A stretch of 64,000 nucleotides of DNA from contig JAAZVW010000001.1 of NCBI GenBank assembly GCA_018623135.1, forward strand, positions 23,024 to 87,023, in the 5' to 3' direction. This document shows, piece by piece, positions 37,705-47,340 of the stretch. Positions within the stretch are counted from its first letter, which is position 1. Every line of letters begins with the position of its first letter. A program made the position numbers and the translations under genes. A model generated the notes under the pieces. It saw only the letters and a program-made list of their open reading frames with translations. It was not told where the DNA came from and searched no databases. This stretch comes from Pseudomonadota bacterium. GTDB taxonomy: Bacteria; Pseudomonadota; Alphaproteobacteria; UBA1280; JAAZVW01.

Positions 37705-39465
37705 ATGAGTCGTATTGAAGAATTTAAGTTACCTTTTCCACCTAAGTTAATGTCTACAGATAAGAGTCCTGCAACAATGGGTGCAAGTTATGCACGTGAG
37801 ATTGTAAATATGTACATAGACCAAGATGGAGCAGGTTCTAAGCGAGGCGGATTTTCTTGCATTGTAAGAGATACGATAAACGATGATATTGTGAAGCTTG
37901 TTGAATTTGTACCTACAACGGGAGATAAACAGCTTTTGGCTTTTTGCGCATCGGGCGATGTTTTGAAAAAGGTGAATGATGCGTGGGAACTTGTTGACGC
38001 ACCCTTTAGCGCAATAACAAATTTAAGTAGTGTTGAATTTGGTAACAAACTTATTTTAGCTAATGGTGTAGACCCTGTAAAAAGTTGGGATGGAACATCT
38101 TTTAACGATTTAGAACAGGAGATATATGACTTTAGTGACAGTTTGAGTATTGAAAATACAACGATCATTAAAGTAAACAGTGACATAAGCTTGTATAAAC
38201 CTGGTACGAAATTAAAACTGATGTTGGAAGATGAAAATACGGCTGAAGTAACAGTTGTATTAACAGATGTGCTAAGTGCCACTGAAGATGATAATGGCTT
38301 TATAGATGTTGAATTAACAGATGCTGTGGCTGTGGGGATACTAAAAAATGTATCGGTTTATTTAAAACCACCCGCCTTTAGAAGTTTGTATGTATGCCAA
38401 GACCGTTTATGGGGTATGGGGGAAGGTGCTTTTAGCACGACAGAATATAGTAATTTAGCGACCCGAGGGGTCGTTTTTTTTACGCAAGCAGGCACAAACC
38501 CTAATGATTGGTATACGGATACGGGGGCTCTTTCTTACATTGATTTAACAATGAAGATGCCGATGAATGACGAATTGGTTTCTATGGCAGAAAAAGATGG
38601 TCTGATTCTGTTTTTGTTTAAAAAGAATATGCAGATTTGGAAAGGTTATAACCCTTCGGAACAGGGGAGCTTTGGTTGGTATAAAACATTGCCTGTTGGG
38701 GTGGTGCATCCGGAGCTTATTCTTTCTTTACCAAATGATTTGGCTTTTTTTACATCGTCGGGCGCGCGGAGTTTAAGTCGTATTTTACAAACAGAACAAT
38801 TAGATGTAACTGATTTTGCTAGAGATATAGACCCGAGCATACTCGCTGCTATAGAACATATTAAACAAAACCCTGATGCTAAGGTGGGTCGGTTTACTTA
38901 TGAAAAAGAAGGTTGGTATGCCTTTAAGCTTGGGCAAGATGTTTTTGTGTTTCAGACCAACGGTAGTTCTTATGGTTGGAGCAAATTTACGGGGCTATTT
39001 GCAGAAGCAACGGCTTTTTTAAACACACGAGATGCAGGGTTATATATTGCCAAGGGTAGGTGTTTGTACCAATACGAACCCAATACATACAGTGATGATG
39101 ATGTGCCCATAAAAACAAAATGGTGGACGCCTTGGTTACGTATTAATACTAAGAATAAAAGGTGGGCGAATAAATATGTATCGGTTATTACGGAGCAAGG
39201 TGTTTATATGCCGATAGAGGTGAAACGCTATAAAGACTACGATAGTTTTTCTTACCATAAATTAGAAACGGCGCAGATGTCTTCCCCGAGTTATATGGAT
39301 ACGGCTTATTGGGATACAAATACCTGGCAGGGTTTTAATGCGCAGGCCGCTAAAAAAGAAGATAAATTTATTTGCCAGATTTTTTCTTACGCAGTGGAGA
39401 CGGAATCAATTAAAGGACCATTTAAAGTACATGGTTTGACAATACAGGGGATTATAGAAAGATGA
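37705..39465 (+). CDS. putative tail protein (tail tubular/tailspike-like)
   Basis: 586 aa, located between the adaptor-like gene and the tail-fibre gene. No tape-measure-like gene is present in the module. Confidence 0.4.
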   Translation: MSRIEEFKLPFPPKLMSTDKSPATMGASYAREIVNMYIDQDGAGSKRGGFSCIVRDTINDDIVKLVEFVPTTGDKQLLAFCASGDVLKKVNDAWELVDAPFSAITNLSSVEFGNKLILANGVDPVKSWDGTSFNDLEQEIYDFSDSLSIENTTIIKVNSDISLYKPGTKLKLMLEDENTAEVTVVLTDVLSATEDDNGFIDVELTDAVAVGILKNVSVYLKPPAFRSLYVCQDRLWGMGEGAFSTTEYSNLATRGVVFFTQAGTNPNDWYTDTGALSYIDLTMKMPMNDELVSMAEKDGLILFLFKKNMQIWKGYNPSEQGSFGWYKTLPVGVVHPELILSLPNDLAFFTSSGARSLSRILQTEQLDVTDFARDIDPSILAAIEHIKQNPDAKVGRFTYEKEGWYAFKLGQDVFVFQTNGSSYGWSKFTGLFAEATAFLNTRDAGLYIAKGRCLYQYEPNTYSDDDVPIKTKWWTPWLRINTKNKRWANKYVSVITEQGVYMPIEVKRYKDYDSFSYHKLETAQMSSPSYMDTAYWDTNTWQGFNAQAAKKEDKFICQIFSYAVETESIKGPFKVHGLTIQGIIER

Positions 39466-40727
39466 GTAAGAAGTTTCAACGTCCGTTAGAAGTATATGAG
39501 GGCGACTCTAACCTTTTATATAGAGATAAATACCAAGTAGATGCTGTGGCTGAGCCACCAGTACCCATTTCTAGCGAGAAGATTGATGGCGACTTTAATT
39601 ACTTAATAGACGTAGTTAATGAGATAAATGCAGCAGCTGGAAGTTATAACAGTATTGCAGAGCGATTAGATAAAGCGCTAAATGCAGACGGTACACTTAA
39701 AAGCAGTATTGAAACGACTTTAGAGGAGTGGGTTACTTTATTACCTGAAGAGATAGAGTACGTAGCTGCCAATAGGTTTAATATACAGGGGGATAAAACA
39801 AACCTTTTAACGATAGGTAGGGTTTTAAAATCTGCATTGTTAACCTTAGAGCGTACAGCTGTAATTATTGAGAGTTTATATAATAGTTCTTCTGATAAGA
39901 CAGAGATTTTATTATCGGCTGATATTTGCTTAAACGATACTGACGTAAAATATTTATATAGCTCATATACACCTAGTGCTGTGCCAATTTGTTCAGATAG
40001 ACTGTATGCCTATACAGACACGACAGAAGCCTCGGTTGATTTTAAAAATGATACTGCGGCTGCTAAGGTTGCTTTAAATGGTAATAGTCTTTCTGTTGTG
40101 TTTAACATGGGAGATTTACTTAACCCAAATTGGCAAAGTGCTTTAGAAATTACCAATACAGGTTTGGATGGTGCTGGCATTAAGGATGCTTCTATTGATG
40201 CGCAAAAACTCGCAAGTGGTGTTTTAGGTACTGTGGCCTCTAAAAATACAGGTGTGGAAGTAGGGGAAGTTCCTTTATTGCAGGCGGGTGGTGTGCTTGA
40301 TACAGCTGTGTTGCCTACTATGGGTGCACCTGTTGGTTCTGTGGGTTTGTTTGTGACAGAATCATCGGTACCTAGTAATTACCTTATTTTAAATGGTGCG
40401 GTGTTTGATGAAACTTTATACCCAGAGCTGTACCAACTTTTAGGAGATTCTAACCAATTACCTGATTGGCGTGGTTATTTTGTGAGAATGTCGGATATGG
40501 GGCGCGGTGTTGATACTGGCCGTGTTACGGGCAGTTTTCAGGAGGATGCTCTTAAAAGCCATAGTCATGAAGTTTACGCTTATGCCAATGGTTCTGGTTT
40601 TTCTAATATTTCTAGCTATGGTTCTAACGGTACGGCAGGAGCTGTTGTAAAAGATACAGAAGCAGTTGGTGATGCAGAGACAAGACCTAAAAACGTTGCT
40701 GTTGTTTATGCAATTCGTGCTGAATAA
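39462..40727 (+). CDS. phage tail fibre protein with C-terminal tail-collar domain
   Basis: NGAVFDETLYPELYQLLGD...WRGYFVRMSDMGRGVDTGR matches the phage tail collar pattern (L.cnG...s...Yp.Lf..lG...lPDlRGrf). Confidence 0.6.
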   Translation: MSKKFQRPLEVYEGDSNLLYRDKYQVDAVAEPPVPISSEKIDGDFNYLIDVVNEINAAAGSYNSIAERLDKALNADGTLKSSIETTLEEWVTLLPEEIEYVAANRFNIQGDKTNLLTIGRVLKSALLTLERTAVIIESLYNSSSDKTEILLSADICLNDTDVKYLYSSYTPSAVPICSDRLYAYTDTTEASVDFKNDTAAAKVALNGNSLSVVFNMGDLLNPNWQSALEITNTGLDGAGIKDASIDAQKLASGVLGTVASKNTGVEVGEVPLLQAGGVLDTAVLPTMGAPVGSVGLFVTESSVPSNYLILNGAVFDETLYPELYQLLGDSNQLPDWRGYFVRMSDMGRGVDTGRVTGSFQEDALKSHSHEVYAYANGSGFSNISSYGSNGTAGAVVKDTEAVGDAETRPKNVAVVYAIRAE

Positions 40728-40733
40728 GGAATA

Positions 40734-41150
40734 TTGAAGATGATAAAATTTGTAGATGTTTATGCTTATAATGAGCAAGGCTTGTATGTAGGTTGCGTTT
40801 CGGCTCAAAAAGATAAAAAAGGGCAAGTAATGTTACCTGCAGGTGCGACAGAAAAAGAGCCTCTCGTATCAATTGAGGGCTGTGATGTTGTTTTTGACGG
40901 TAATAACTGGGTTTATGTGCAAAAAGAAGCTGAGAGCCCAGAGGAGCCTATTCGTGATGAGGGTGATGTGTCTTATAAAGAAAAAAGGGCAGCAGCCTAT
41001 CCTTTTGTTGGTGATCAGCTAGATGCCATTTATAAAGGCTTAAAAGAGTTAAGTAAAACAGTTGCTATGCCAAATGATGTTGAGAGTTGGTTTGCTCAGA
41101 TTGAAGCTGTTAAAGCCATGTTCCCTAAAGATGAAGGGAGTAGTGCATGA
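40734..41150 (+). CDS. putative tail fibre assembly protein
   Basis: 138 aa, immediately after the tail-fibre gene. The N-terminus VDVYAYNEQGLYVGCVSAQ is Tfa-like. Confidence 0.4.
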   Translation: MKMIKFVDVYAYNEQGLYVGCVSAQKDKKGQVMLPAGATEKEPLVSIEGCDVVFDGNNWVYVQKEAESPEEPIRDEGDVSYKEKRAAAYPFVGDQLDAIYKGLKELSKTVAMPNDVESWFAQIEAVKAMFPKDEGSSA

Positions 41151-41581
41151 TTAAGAAAATGCCATTTCACCAACTGCCAAGGTTGTATTTTTTAATGAAA
41201 GAAGTTTCGTTCCCGAATGTGGAGCAAGGCTTGTGGCGTTGTCTATGGGATTTACTTTATGTTGATGTGTATGCTGTTTATAAAGAAGGTCGCTTAATTG
41301 CGGCCTTTATTTATGGGCAAGATGGTATGAACGGTGCTTTTTTAGATTTAGTGGCCGCGCAGAATCAGCAAAAAATATGGCTAAATAAAACAGTACTTAA
41401 AAGCATTTTAGAGCAGGCACAAAAATATTCTGTTTTATGGGTAGAACCTAAAAATAGTCATGCATTAAGACTGTGTTTGAAGGCAGGTTTTAAAATGGTG
41501 GAAGGTTGTTTTACCAACCCCTTACTTGTAACAACACCAAAGCAATTACAAACCAGATTTAATAAAAATAATAAGCTTTAA
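41147..41581 (+). CDS. possible GNAT-family acetyltransferase-like protein
   Basis: The C-terminal ...ALRLCLKAGFKMVEG weakly resembles GNAT motif B. Confidence 0.25.
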   Translation: MIKKMPFHQLPRLYFLMKEVSFPNVEQGLWRCLWDLLYVDVYAVYKEGRLIAAFIYGQDGMNGAFLDLVAAQNQQKIWLNKTVLKSILEQAQKYSVLWVEPKNSHALRLCLKAGFKMVEGCFTNPLLVTTPKQLQTRFNKNNKL

Positions 41582-41605
41582 TAATATATATAGGGAGAAT
41601 ATGTT

Positions 41606-42319
41606 ATGGGATCAGTTTTTGGAGGATCTAAACCTTCTGCACCACCTACACCGCCGCCAAGTCGTTACCGAGATGAGGTTGCAGGTGTAGAGCAAGTGCC
41701 CGTTAAAAACCCAGATGGTAGTATTACATATATTACACGCCAAATTCCGCTTACAGAAGAACAGCAAAAAGAAAAAGAGCAATATGACAAAATTATGTCG
41801 GAAGCTTTGAGTGAAATAGAAAAACTTTCTTCGAGTGATTATGAATTTGATGAGGCGACTAAAGCTCAGTTAAAGGCTTATAAAGAAGAGCAATTGAGTC
41901 AGCTCAGTTCTATACAGGGGCAACGTGAACGTTCTGAAGAAGAGGCGTTGGCCGCAAGGGGATTGAGTCAATCAAGTATTGCAGATTCTTTAAGGCGTCA
42001 GCGCAATTTAGATGAATCTAATATTAAACGCTCTATTGACCGTGAGACCGAAATGATTGGGCAAGATTTAAGGTCTCAGCAATTAAATTATCAGCAAAAT
42101 CTTTATAGCTTAGCGGCTCAGGAAGAGCAAATGGATGCTGTAAATGCACAAAAAAGCCTGGCGAATGGCTTTAGTGCTACGGGAATGCTTAATAAGTACC
42201 AGCAAGATTCTATTGTTGATGCATATAAGGCTCAGCCAAGTGCTGGTGGGTTTGTACAACGCACTTTTGATGCTGTTGCTGAAAACCCTTTGTTTGATAT
42301 ATTTGATGGGATTTTTTAA
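41606..42319 (+). CDS. hypothetical phage protein (Pro-rich N-terminus, coiled coil)
   Basis: ORF with RBS gggaga. No domain recognised. Confidence 0.3.
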   Translation: MGSVFGGSKPSAPPTPPPSRYRDEVAGVEQVPVKNPDGSITYITRQIPLTEEQQKEKEQYDKIMSEALSEIEKLSSSDYEFDEATKAQLKAYKEEQLSQLSSIQGQRERSEEEALAARGLSQSSIADSLRRQRNLDESNIKRSIDRETEMIGQDLRSQQLNYQQNLYSLAAQEEQMDAVNAQKSLANGFSATGMLNKYQQDSIVDAYKAQPSAGGFVQRTFDAVAENPLFDIFDGIF

Positions 42320-42630
42320 TGGATATTGCAACATGGAAAAATGAGGTTTTTATGCCTTGGATGAAATCTGTTGAGGCGAGAAGTGAAGCACAAAAAAAAC
42401 AAGTGCAAAGTCTTAAGCTTTATAAAGGACGCATTATAGAGGTTATAGGGTTGCTTTTGGATGGTAAAAACGAGTTGGCAGTTAAATTATGGAATGCCAT
42501 TACTGATTTGCCAACATTGGAAACCGCTGAATATATGACGTCGCAAAAATTGTTTAAGCTTAAGTTTGTGAATGGGCAAGTGCAAAGCATTGCGCAAGAA
42601 CAGCTTTTTAAAGAGCTGAATAATTTGTAA
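42319..42630 (+). CDS. hypothetical phage protein
   Basis: 103 aa ORF whose start overlaps the previous stop (taatg). Confidence 0.3.
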   Translation: MDIATWKNEVFMPWMKSVEARSEAQKKQVQSLKLYKGRIIEVIGLLLDGKNELAVKLWNAITDLPTLETAEYMTSQKLFKLKFVNGQVQSIAQEQLFKELNNL

Positions 42631-42644
42631 AGGACTGAAATATT

Positions 42645-42833
42645 ATGGACAGTCATCAACAAATGTTACACCAAGAAATAAAAGAAATTCGTAAAGATAT
42701 GAGATCTTTACGAGAAGAAATAACAAAATATAAAGGTTTTGTTGGTGGTGTTTTTTGGTGTTTTGCAGCTTTTATAACGGCAGCTAATTTTGCTTTTACC
42801 TATATTAAACAATGGGTTTTAGGGGTTCATTAA
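42645..42833 (+). CDS. holin-like small membrane protein
   Basis: 62 aa. It has a charged/coiled N-terminus and one C-terminal TM (FVGGVFWCFAAFITAANFAFTYI). It is translationally coupled (taATG) to the endolysin gene. Confidence 0.4.
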   Translation: MDSHQQMLHQEIKEIRKDMRSLREEITKYKGFVGGVFWCFAAFITAANFAFTYIKQWVLGVH

Positions 42834-43207
42834 TGAGAAAAATACAAGAGCACATTATCCATTGTTCGGATAGCGAAATAGGGGATGCGACAACAATTGA
42901 TAAGTGGCATAAAAAGCGTGGTTTTAGAAAAATTGGCTACCACTTTGTGATTTTGCCAGATGGTAGGGTGGAAATAGGCAGAGATGTATCTGAAATTGGT
43001 GCGCATTGTAAAGGGTTTAATAGATACTCTGTAGGGACTTGTTTGATTGGTGTTAATAGGTTTACGCAAGCACAGTTTGAATCTTTAAAAAAAGTGCATC
43101 AGTTTTTGCAGTCTATCTGGCCTTCTATCCACATTAAAAACCATTATGAACACAATAGCCGTAAAAGTTGCCCTAATTTTGATGTTCACCTTAAAATAAA
43201 AGGATAA
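42833..43207 (+). CDS. endolysin, N-acetylmuramoyl-L-alanine amidase (Amidase_2/T7-lysozyme/PGRP type)
   Basis: IIHCSDS, GYHFVILPDG, GAHCKGFNRYSVG and SCPNFD match the zinc amidase motifs. Confidence 0.8.
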   Translation: MRKIQEHIIHCSDSEIGDATTIDKWHKKRGFRKIGYHFVILPDGRVEIGRDVSEIGAHCKGFNRYSVGTCLIGVNRFTQAQFESLKKVHQFLQSIWPSIHIKNHYEHNSRKSCPNFDVHLKIKG

Positions 43208-43210
43208 AAA

Positions 43211-43489
43211 ATGAAAATAAAACATCTATTGCCTTTGCTTAACCAGATTTTGGGCTTTTTAGTGCAAAAGGGAAAGTTTAATACAGCTTTTGCAACAACA
43301 ACGGTTGCAAGTTCCGTTGTGTATTCGGATGAACTTATTGCTTTTGTAAAAAATACATCTGAGCTTTTTTTTGATACGGTAACAAGCCAAATGATTGCTC
43401 AGAGTTTAACAACAGGCGGTGTGGCTACTATTGTTGCAGGTGTTTTTGCTACAATAAATTTATTTATGAACCTTAAGAAAAAACAATAG
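43211..43489 (+). CDS. small membrane protein (possible second holin/antiholin or spanin-like)
   Basis: 92 aa with a C-terminal TM (GGVATIVAGVFATINLFMNL). It follows the endolysin gene. Confidence 0.3.
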   Translation: MKIKHLLPLLNQILGFLVQKGKFNTAFATTTVASSVVYSDELIAFVKNTSELFFDTVTSQMIAQSLTTGGVATIVAGVFATINLFMNLKKKQ

Positions 43490-43597
43490 CTTGGCAGGTG
43501 TGTTGTAATTTTTTATAAATAAATTGCGCTTTTTTGTAAAAAAAGACTAGACAAGAGGGCGTTAAATGGGGTAAAAACATCCTCGCATTAGCTTTGC

Positions 43598-43687
43598 GGA
43601 TGAGTGGCAGAGTGGTTGAATGCACCGGTCTTGAAAACCGGCATGTCTGAGAGGGCATCGGGGGTTCGAATCCCTCCTCATCCGCCA
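43598..43687 (+). tRNA. tRNA-Ser (anticodon TGA)
   Basis: Acceptor ggatgag/ctcatcc, anticodon loop ctTGAaa, long variable arm, T-arm ggggg-ttcgaat-ccctc, G73, CCA. Length 90 nt. Confidence 0.85.
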
Positions 43688-43695
43688 CTAATGTC

Positions 43696-43735
43696 AAACA
43701 ACGCCCCAAATTATTTTGGGGCGTTGTTTTTTTGT
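43696..43735 (+). terminator. strong intrinsic terminator after tRNA-Ser
   Basis: aaacaacgccccaaattattttggggcgttgtttttttg. Confidence 0.75.
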
Positions 43736-43893
43736 TTTATGACAATGTTCTTTGTCTATCAATTATCATCTTATTTTTAGGGCTTTTTATAGCCTTTATT
43801 CAGCTTTTAACCTTTAGTTGTTGTAGTGTTTTATATGTGTGTATTAGCCTTAATTTGATCTGTTATTTTGTGATTTAAATTAGGGAAGGTAAC

Positions 43894-44472
43894 ATGTATA
43901 TGTACAAACTGATTTTGTTTGTCTTGTGTTTGGGGACTACTTTTACGATGTCATCCCTAGCTGGAGCAAGGATGTATGTTGAGTATGGATTTACACCTAA
44001 CCATGTTTATGCGCTTTGGGATGGTGTAGATGTTGCTTTGACTGAATTGGAGAATAAAATAGCAGAGGAGCAGTCGGTAGAAATACCTCAAATAATAGCG
44101 CAAAAGTATTCGGGTAAAAAACCAGCAGATGTTTTGGTTTTGGTTGAGGCTTTTTATGAGAAATTAGGGAAGTTAAGAGCTTATTACCAACTACCTTATA
44201 AAGCTTTGGATATTAAAAGTTCTAAGTCTCGCTCTTATGAGGTTACACCTAGTATCGTTTATACTTTTAGTGGTGAAGTTGTTGATAATTTATCTGAAGT
44301 ATTAATTAAAGCCGTGCCGAATGAAACTGTTTCTCGTTATTATCCTACCGAGTATTACCAAGGAAAAACGCCTTCGGATGTTTTTGGTTATGTGGAAAGA
44401 GCAAATAAACGCTTGATACAGTTATTAGCATATGTGGAGGTAGAGGATAATGACTTTAAAAACCTTAAGTAG
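43894..44472 (+). CDS. hypothetical secreted protein co-transcribed with the hybrid histidine kinase
   Basis: Signal peptide LILFVLCLGTTFTMSSLAGA. The stop overlaps the kinase start. Confidence 0.4.
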   Translation: MYMYKLILFVLCLGTTFTMSSLAGARMYVEYGFTPNHVYALWDGVDVALTELENKIAEEQSVEIPQIIAQKYSGKKPADVLVLVEAFYEKLGKLRAYYQLPYKALDIKSSKSRSYEVTPSIVYTFSGEVVDNLSEVLIKAVPNETVSRYYPTEYYQGKTPSDVFGYVERANKRLIQLLAYVEVEDNDFKNLK

Positions 44473-47308
44473 AATTATCTTTTTATCTATTGGCTTTATA
44501 TTTGGGCTTTTTATATTTGCCTCTTTATTTATTAATTCTAGAATTGATAATTTAAGTAATCAATGGAATTCCTTTGACCAAAAAACAGTTGAAAAGGTTG
44601 CATTGTTAACTGATATACGCCAGCAAATAGGTTATGGCGGTATGATTCATAATTTTAAAAACTACTTATTAAGGCAAAACCCTGAGCTTTTAGTGAAGGT
44701 ATATAAAAACATTCGCCTTGCTGGTATTGCAATCGCAAAATACAGAGTGCTTGGCACTTTTTATGAAGAGGAAAAGGCTTTAAGAGAAATTGAAAGTGTT
44801 ATTTTAACATATCGTAATAAAATACCAACGTTAGAAGCGATGGTTTTAAATGGTAAGGCAATTAAAGAGATAGATGGATTTGTTAAGGTAAGTGATATTT
44901 CGGCTATTTCTGCTATAGAATCTTTACAAAGCCAGCTTTTAGCTGTAAGAGCGTCTGAAAAAGCAGGGCTTTCTGAAACGATTAAGTCTATAAAAACAGA
45001 TACATCTTGGGTTACTATTGTTGTTTCCGCCTTATTGGTTCTGAGTGGTTTTTGTATTTTTTATTTTATGAGTATTAAAGTACTAAAGCCATTGTTTAAG
45101 CTAAAAAATACGATGCTTAAAGTAACCGAAGGTGATTTGAGAACTAAAATCCCGTATCAGGATAATTATGATGAGGTTGGTGATGTTGCAAAATCTTTAC
45201 AAATCTTTTTAAACCAAGCTAAAGAATTAAAAGAAAAAGATGGTAAAATTAAGGCTTACATAGAAGAGCTTGAAAATAATAAAAAAGAACTTCAGGAACA
45301 AATAGAAAAAGCCAAAGAGGCGAACCGCCTTAAAGATAGTTTTTTGGCGACGATGAGTCATGAAATTAGAACGCCTTTAAACGGTATTATTGGCACAGCA
45401 GAATTGATTTTACAAAGTGAAGATAAAGCTGTTGATAAAGATTTGCAGATTATTCTTAAATCTGCCGAGAGTTTGTTGCAGATCATTAATGAAATACTAG
45501 ATTTTTCTAAAATTGAAGCAGGGCAAATTGTTTTAGAAGAAGGACCATTTGATGTAAGTGAGGTGGTTGAGGATGTTGCTAATATTGCATCTGTTGCTGC
45601 AAGGCGCAAGAATTTAGATTTTCTGGTGAAATTAGATCCTCTTATTAAAAATTCTTATATTGGTGATGGGTTTAGGTTAAGGCAGGTTCTTTTAAACCTT
45701 GCCAATAATGCTGTTAAGTTTACCGAGGCTGGTTATGTTGTTATTGAGGTGTCGTTAGCAAATAATAGCAAGCCTATAGATGATGTTCAGCAAATTTGTT
45801 TTGAGGTGAAAGATACGGGGATTGGTATTTCTCATGAGAACCAAAAAAGAATATTTGATAATTTTGTTCAGGCTGATTCTTCTACCACAAGAATGTATGG
45901 TGGAACAGGGTTAGGCCTTTCTATTTGTAAACAGCTTGTAATGTTGATGGGAGGAGAGTTGAAATTAGAAAGCGCTCCTGCTAAAGGTTCTGTTTTTTCT
46001 TTTATTTACACCTTACCTGTGAATAAAGAAGGGGGTGCTTCTGAAAGTCTTGGGCATGTTAATAGCTTAAAAGGCTTAAAGGCCTGTGTGGTTGATGACA
46101 TTAAAATTAATAGAGATATTTTAATGGGGCAATTGAGCCATTTAGGGATTAGTTCTATAGATTTTGAAAGTGCGACAGAAGCTCTTAATTATATTAAAAT
46201 GGATAATGATTCTAGTTTTGATATCATTCTTTCTGATTTTAATATGAGGTATATGAATGGCGCTGTGTTTTGTAAAGAAATACGCAAAAACCCTAGTTTT
46301 AGTAGTACGCCCTTTGTTATTTTAACATCGTCGGATAGTCTTGCGACAATTTCTGAAATTAAAGCTTCTGGAGTGGATGCTTATTTAGCGAAACCTGCGT
46401 ATCAGTACCAACTTGAACGTGTTCTTTTGAAAGTTTTGGGTAAAAAAGATTCTGGTTTAGAACTAGAGGATGTAAAACCTTCAAAACAAATATTGGAAAG
46501 TTTGCAAGGCAATAGAGTACTCGTTGTTGAAGATAATCAGGTAAATAGAGATATTATGGTACAGATGCTTAACCGCTTAGGGTTGGAGTCTGACACAGCG
46601 GAAGATGGTTTGCGGGCGCTAGATATTCTTAAAAAAGATAGTGATTTTGATTTTATACTTATGGACTGTCATATGCCGCGTATGGATGGCTATGAGGCGA
46701 CAGGTAGAATAAAAGAAGACGAGACATTAAGTGGTATTCCGATTATTGCAGTTACTGCCAATGCAGGACCAGAAGACAGGCAAAAATGTTTAGATGCACA
46801 GATGGATGACTTTTTAACAAAGCCTGTTAGATTAGGTGATTTACAAGCTGTTTTTTGTAAATGGAAATCTATAAACAAAGATAATGAGAGAGTTTCGGGT
46901 GTTGTTGAAGAGGTTATTGAGCAAAAGTCTGGAACAAATGACTCGGTTGATAAATCAATTATTACTGATGTGAAAGATTTATTAAATGAGGGATTTGAAG
47001 ATATGATTGAAAAATACTTAGAAAATTCAAAACTACATATTGCAGAAATTATAAAAAATAAAGATGCTCAAAATGTTTTAAATACAATTGAAGCTGCTCA
47101 TAAATTAAAGTCAATTAGCAAGAAAGTTGGTGCGCTTCAATTAGGAGAAGATGCAGATAAGATTGAATCTATTTTAAAAAATGAGCAAGATGTGCATAAA
47201 GCAATGCGTGATTCTGTTGTTTATGTTGATAGTTTAGAAAAACATTATCAAGAGACTGAAAAAGAACTGCGTGAATATATTGCTTTTAAAGAGCGGCTTA
47301 TACACTAA
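44450..47308 (+). CDS. hybrid sensor histidine kinase/response regulator (periplasmic sensor, HAMP, HisKA, HATPase, two REC domains, C-terminal HPt)
   Basis: The H-box is FLATMSHEIRTPLNGIIG. ATPase N/G boxes are present. The REC domains are VVDDIKINRDIL... and VLVVEDNQVNRDIM...LMDCHMPRMDG. A C-terminal HPt-like helix is present. The protein is 952 aa. Confidence 0.9.
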   Translation: MTLKTLSRIIFLSIGFIFGLFIFASLFINSRIDNLSNQWNSFDQKTVEKVALLTDIRQQIGYGGMIHNFKNYLLRQNPELLVKVYKNIRLAGIAIAKYRVLGTFYEEEKALREIESVILTYRNKIPTLEAMVLNGKAIKEIDGFVKVSDISAISAIESLQSQLLAVRASEKAGLSETIKSIKTDTSWVTIVVSALLVLSGFCIFYFMSIKVLKPLFKLKNTMLKVTEGDLRTKIPYQDNYDEVGDVAKSLQIFLNQAKELKEKDGKIKAYIEELENNKKELQEQIEKAKEANRLKDSFLATMSHEIRTPLNGIIGTAELILQSEDKAVDKDLQIILKSAESLLQIINEILDFSKIEAGQIVLEEGPFDVSEVVEDVANIASVAARRKNLDFLVKLDPLIKNSYIGDGFRLRQVLLNLANNAVKFTEAGYVVIEVSLANNSKPIDDVQQICFEVKDTGIGISHENQKRIFDNFVQADSSTTRMYGGTGLGLSICKQLVMLMGGELKLESAPAKGSVFSFIYTLPVNKEGGASESLGHVNSLKGLKACVVDDIKINRDILMGQLSHLGISSIDFESATEALNYIKMDNDSSFDIILSDFNMRYMNGAVFCKEIRKNPSFSSTPFVILTSSDSLATISEIKASGVDAYLAKPAYQYQLERVLLKVLGKKDSGLELEDVKPSKQILESLQGNRVLVVEDNQVNRDIMVQMLNRLGLESDTAEDGLRALDILKKDSDFDFILMDCHMPRMDGYEATGRIKEDETLSGIPIIAVTANAGPEDRQKCLDAQMDDFLTKPVRLGDLQAVFCKWKSINKDNERVSGVVEEVIEQKSGTNDSVDKSIITDVKDLLNEGFEDMIEKYLENSKLHIAEIIKNKDAQNVLNTIEAAHKLKSISKKVGALQLGEDADKIESILKNEQDVHKAMRDSVVYVDSLEKHYQETEKELREYIAFKERLIH

Positions 47309-47340
47309 GTATATAAGGGTGAAGTAACTATGAAACTTTA

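Noticed and set aside
43598-43687. tRNA-Ser as attachment site of the adjacent phage-like module
   Set aside because: The module lies 5' of the tRNA rather than downstream of its 3' end. No integrase is present and no duplicated tRNA 3'-end segment was seen. It is treated as unresolved rather than as a defined att site.
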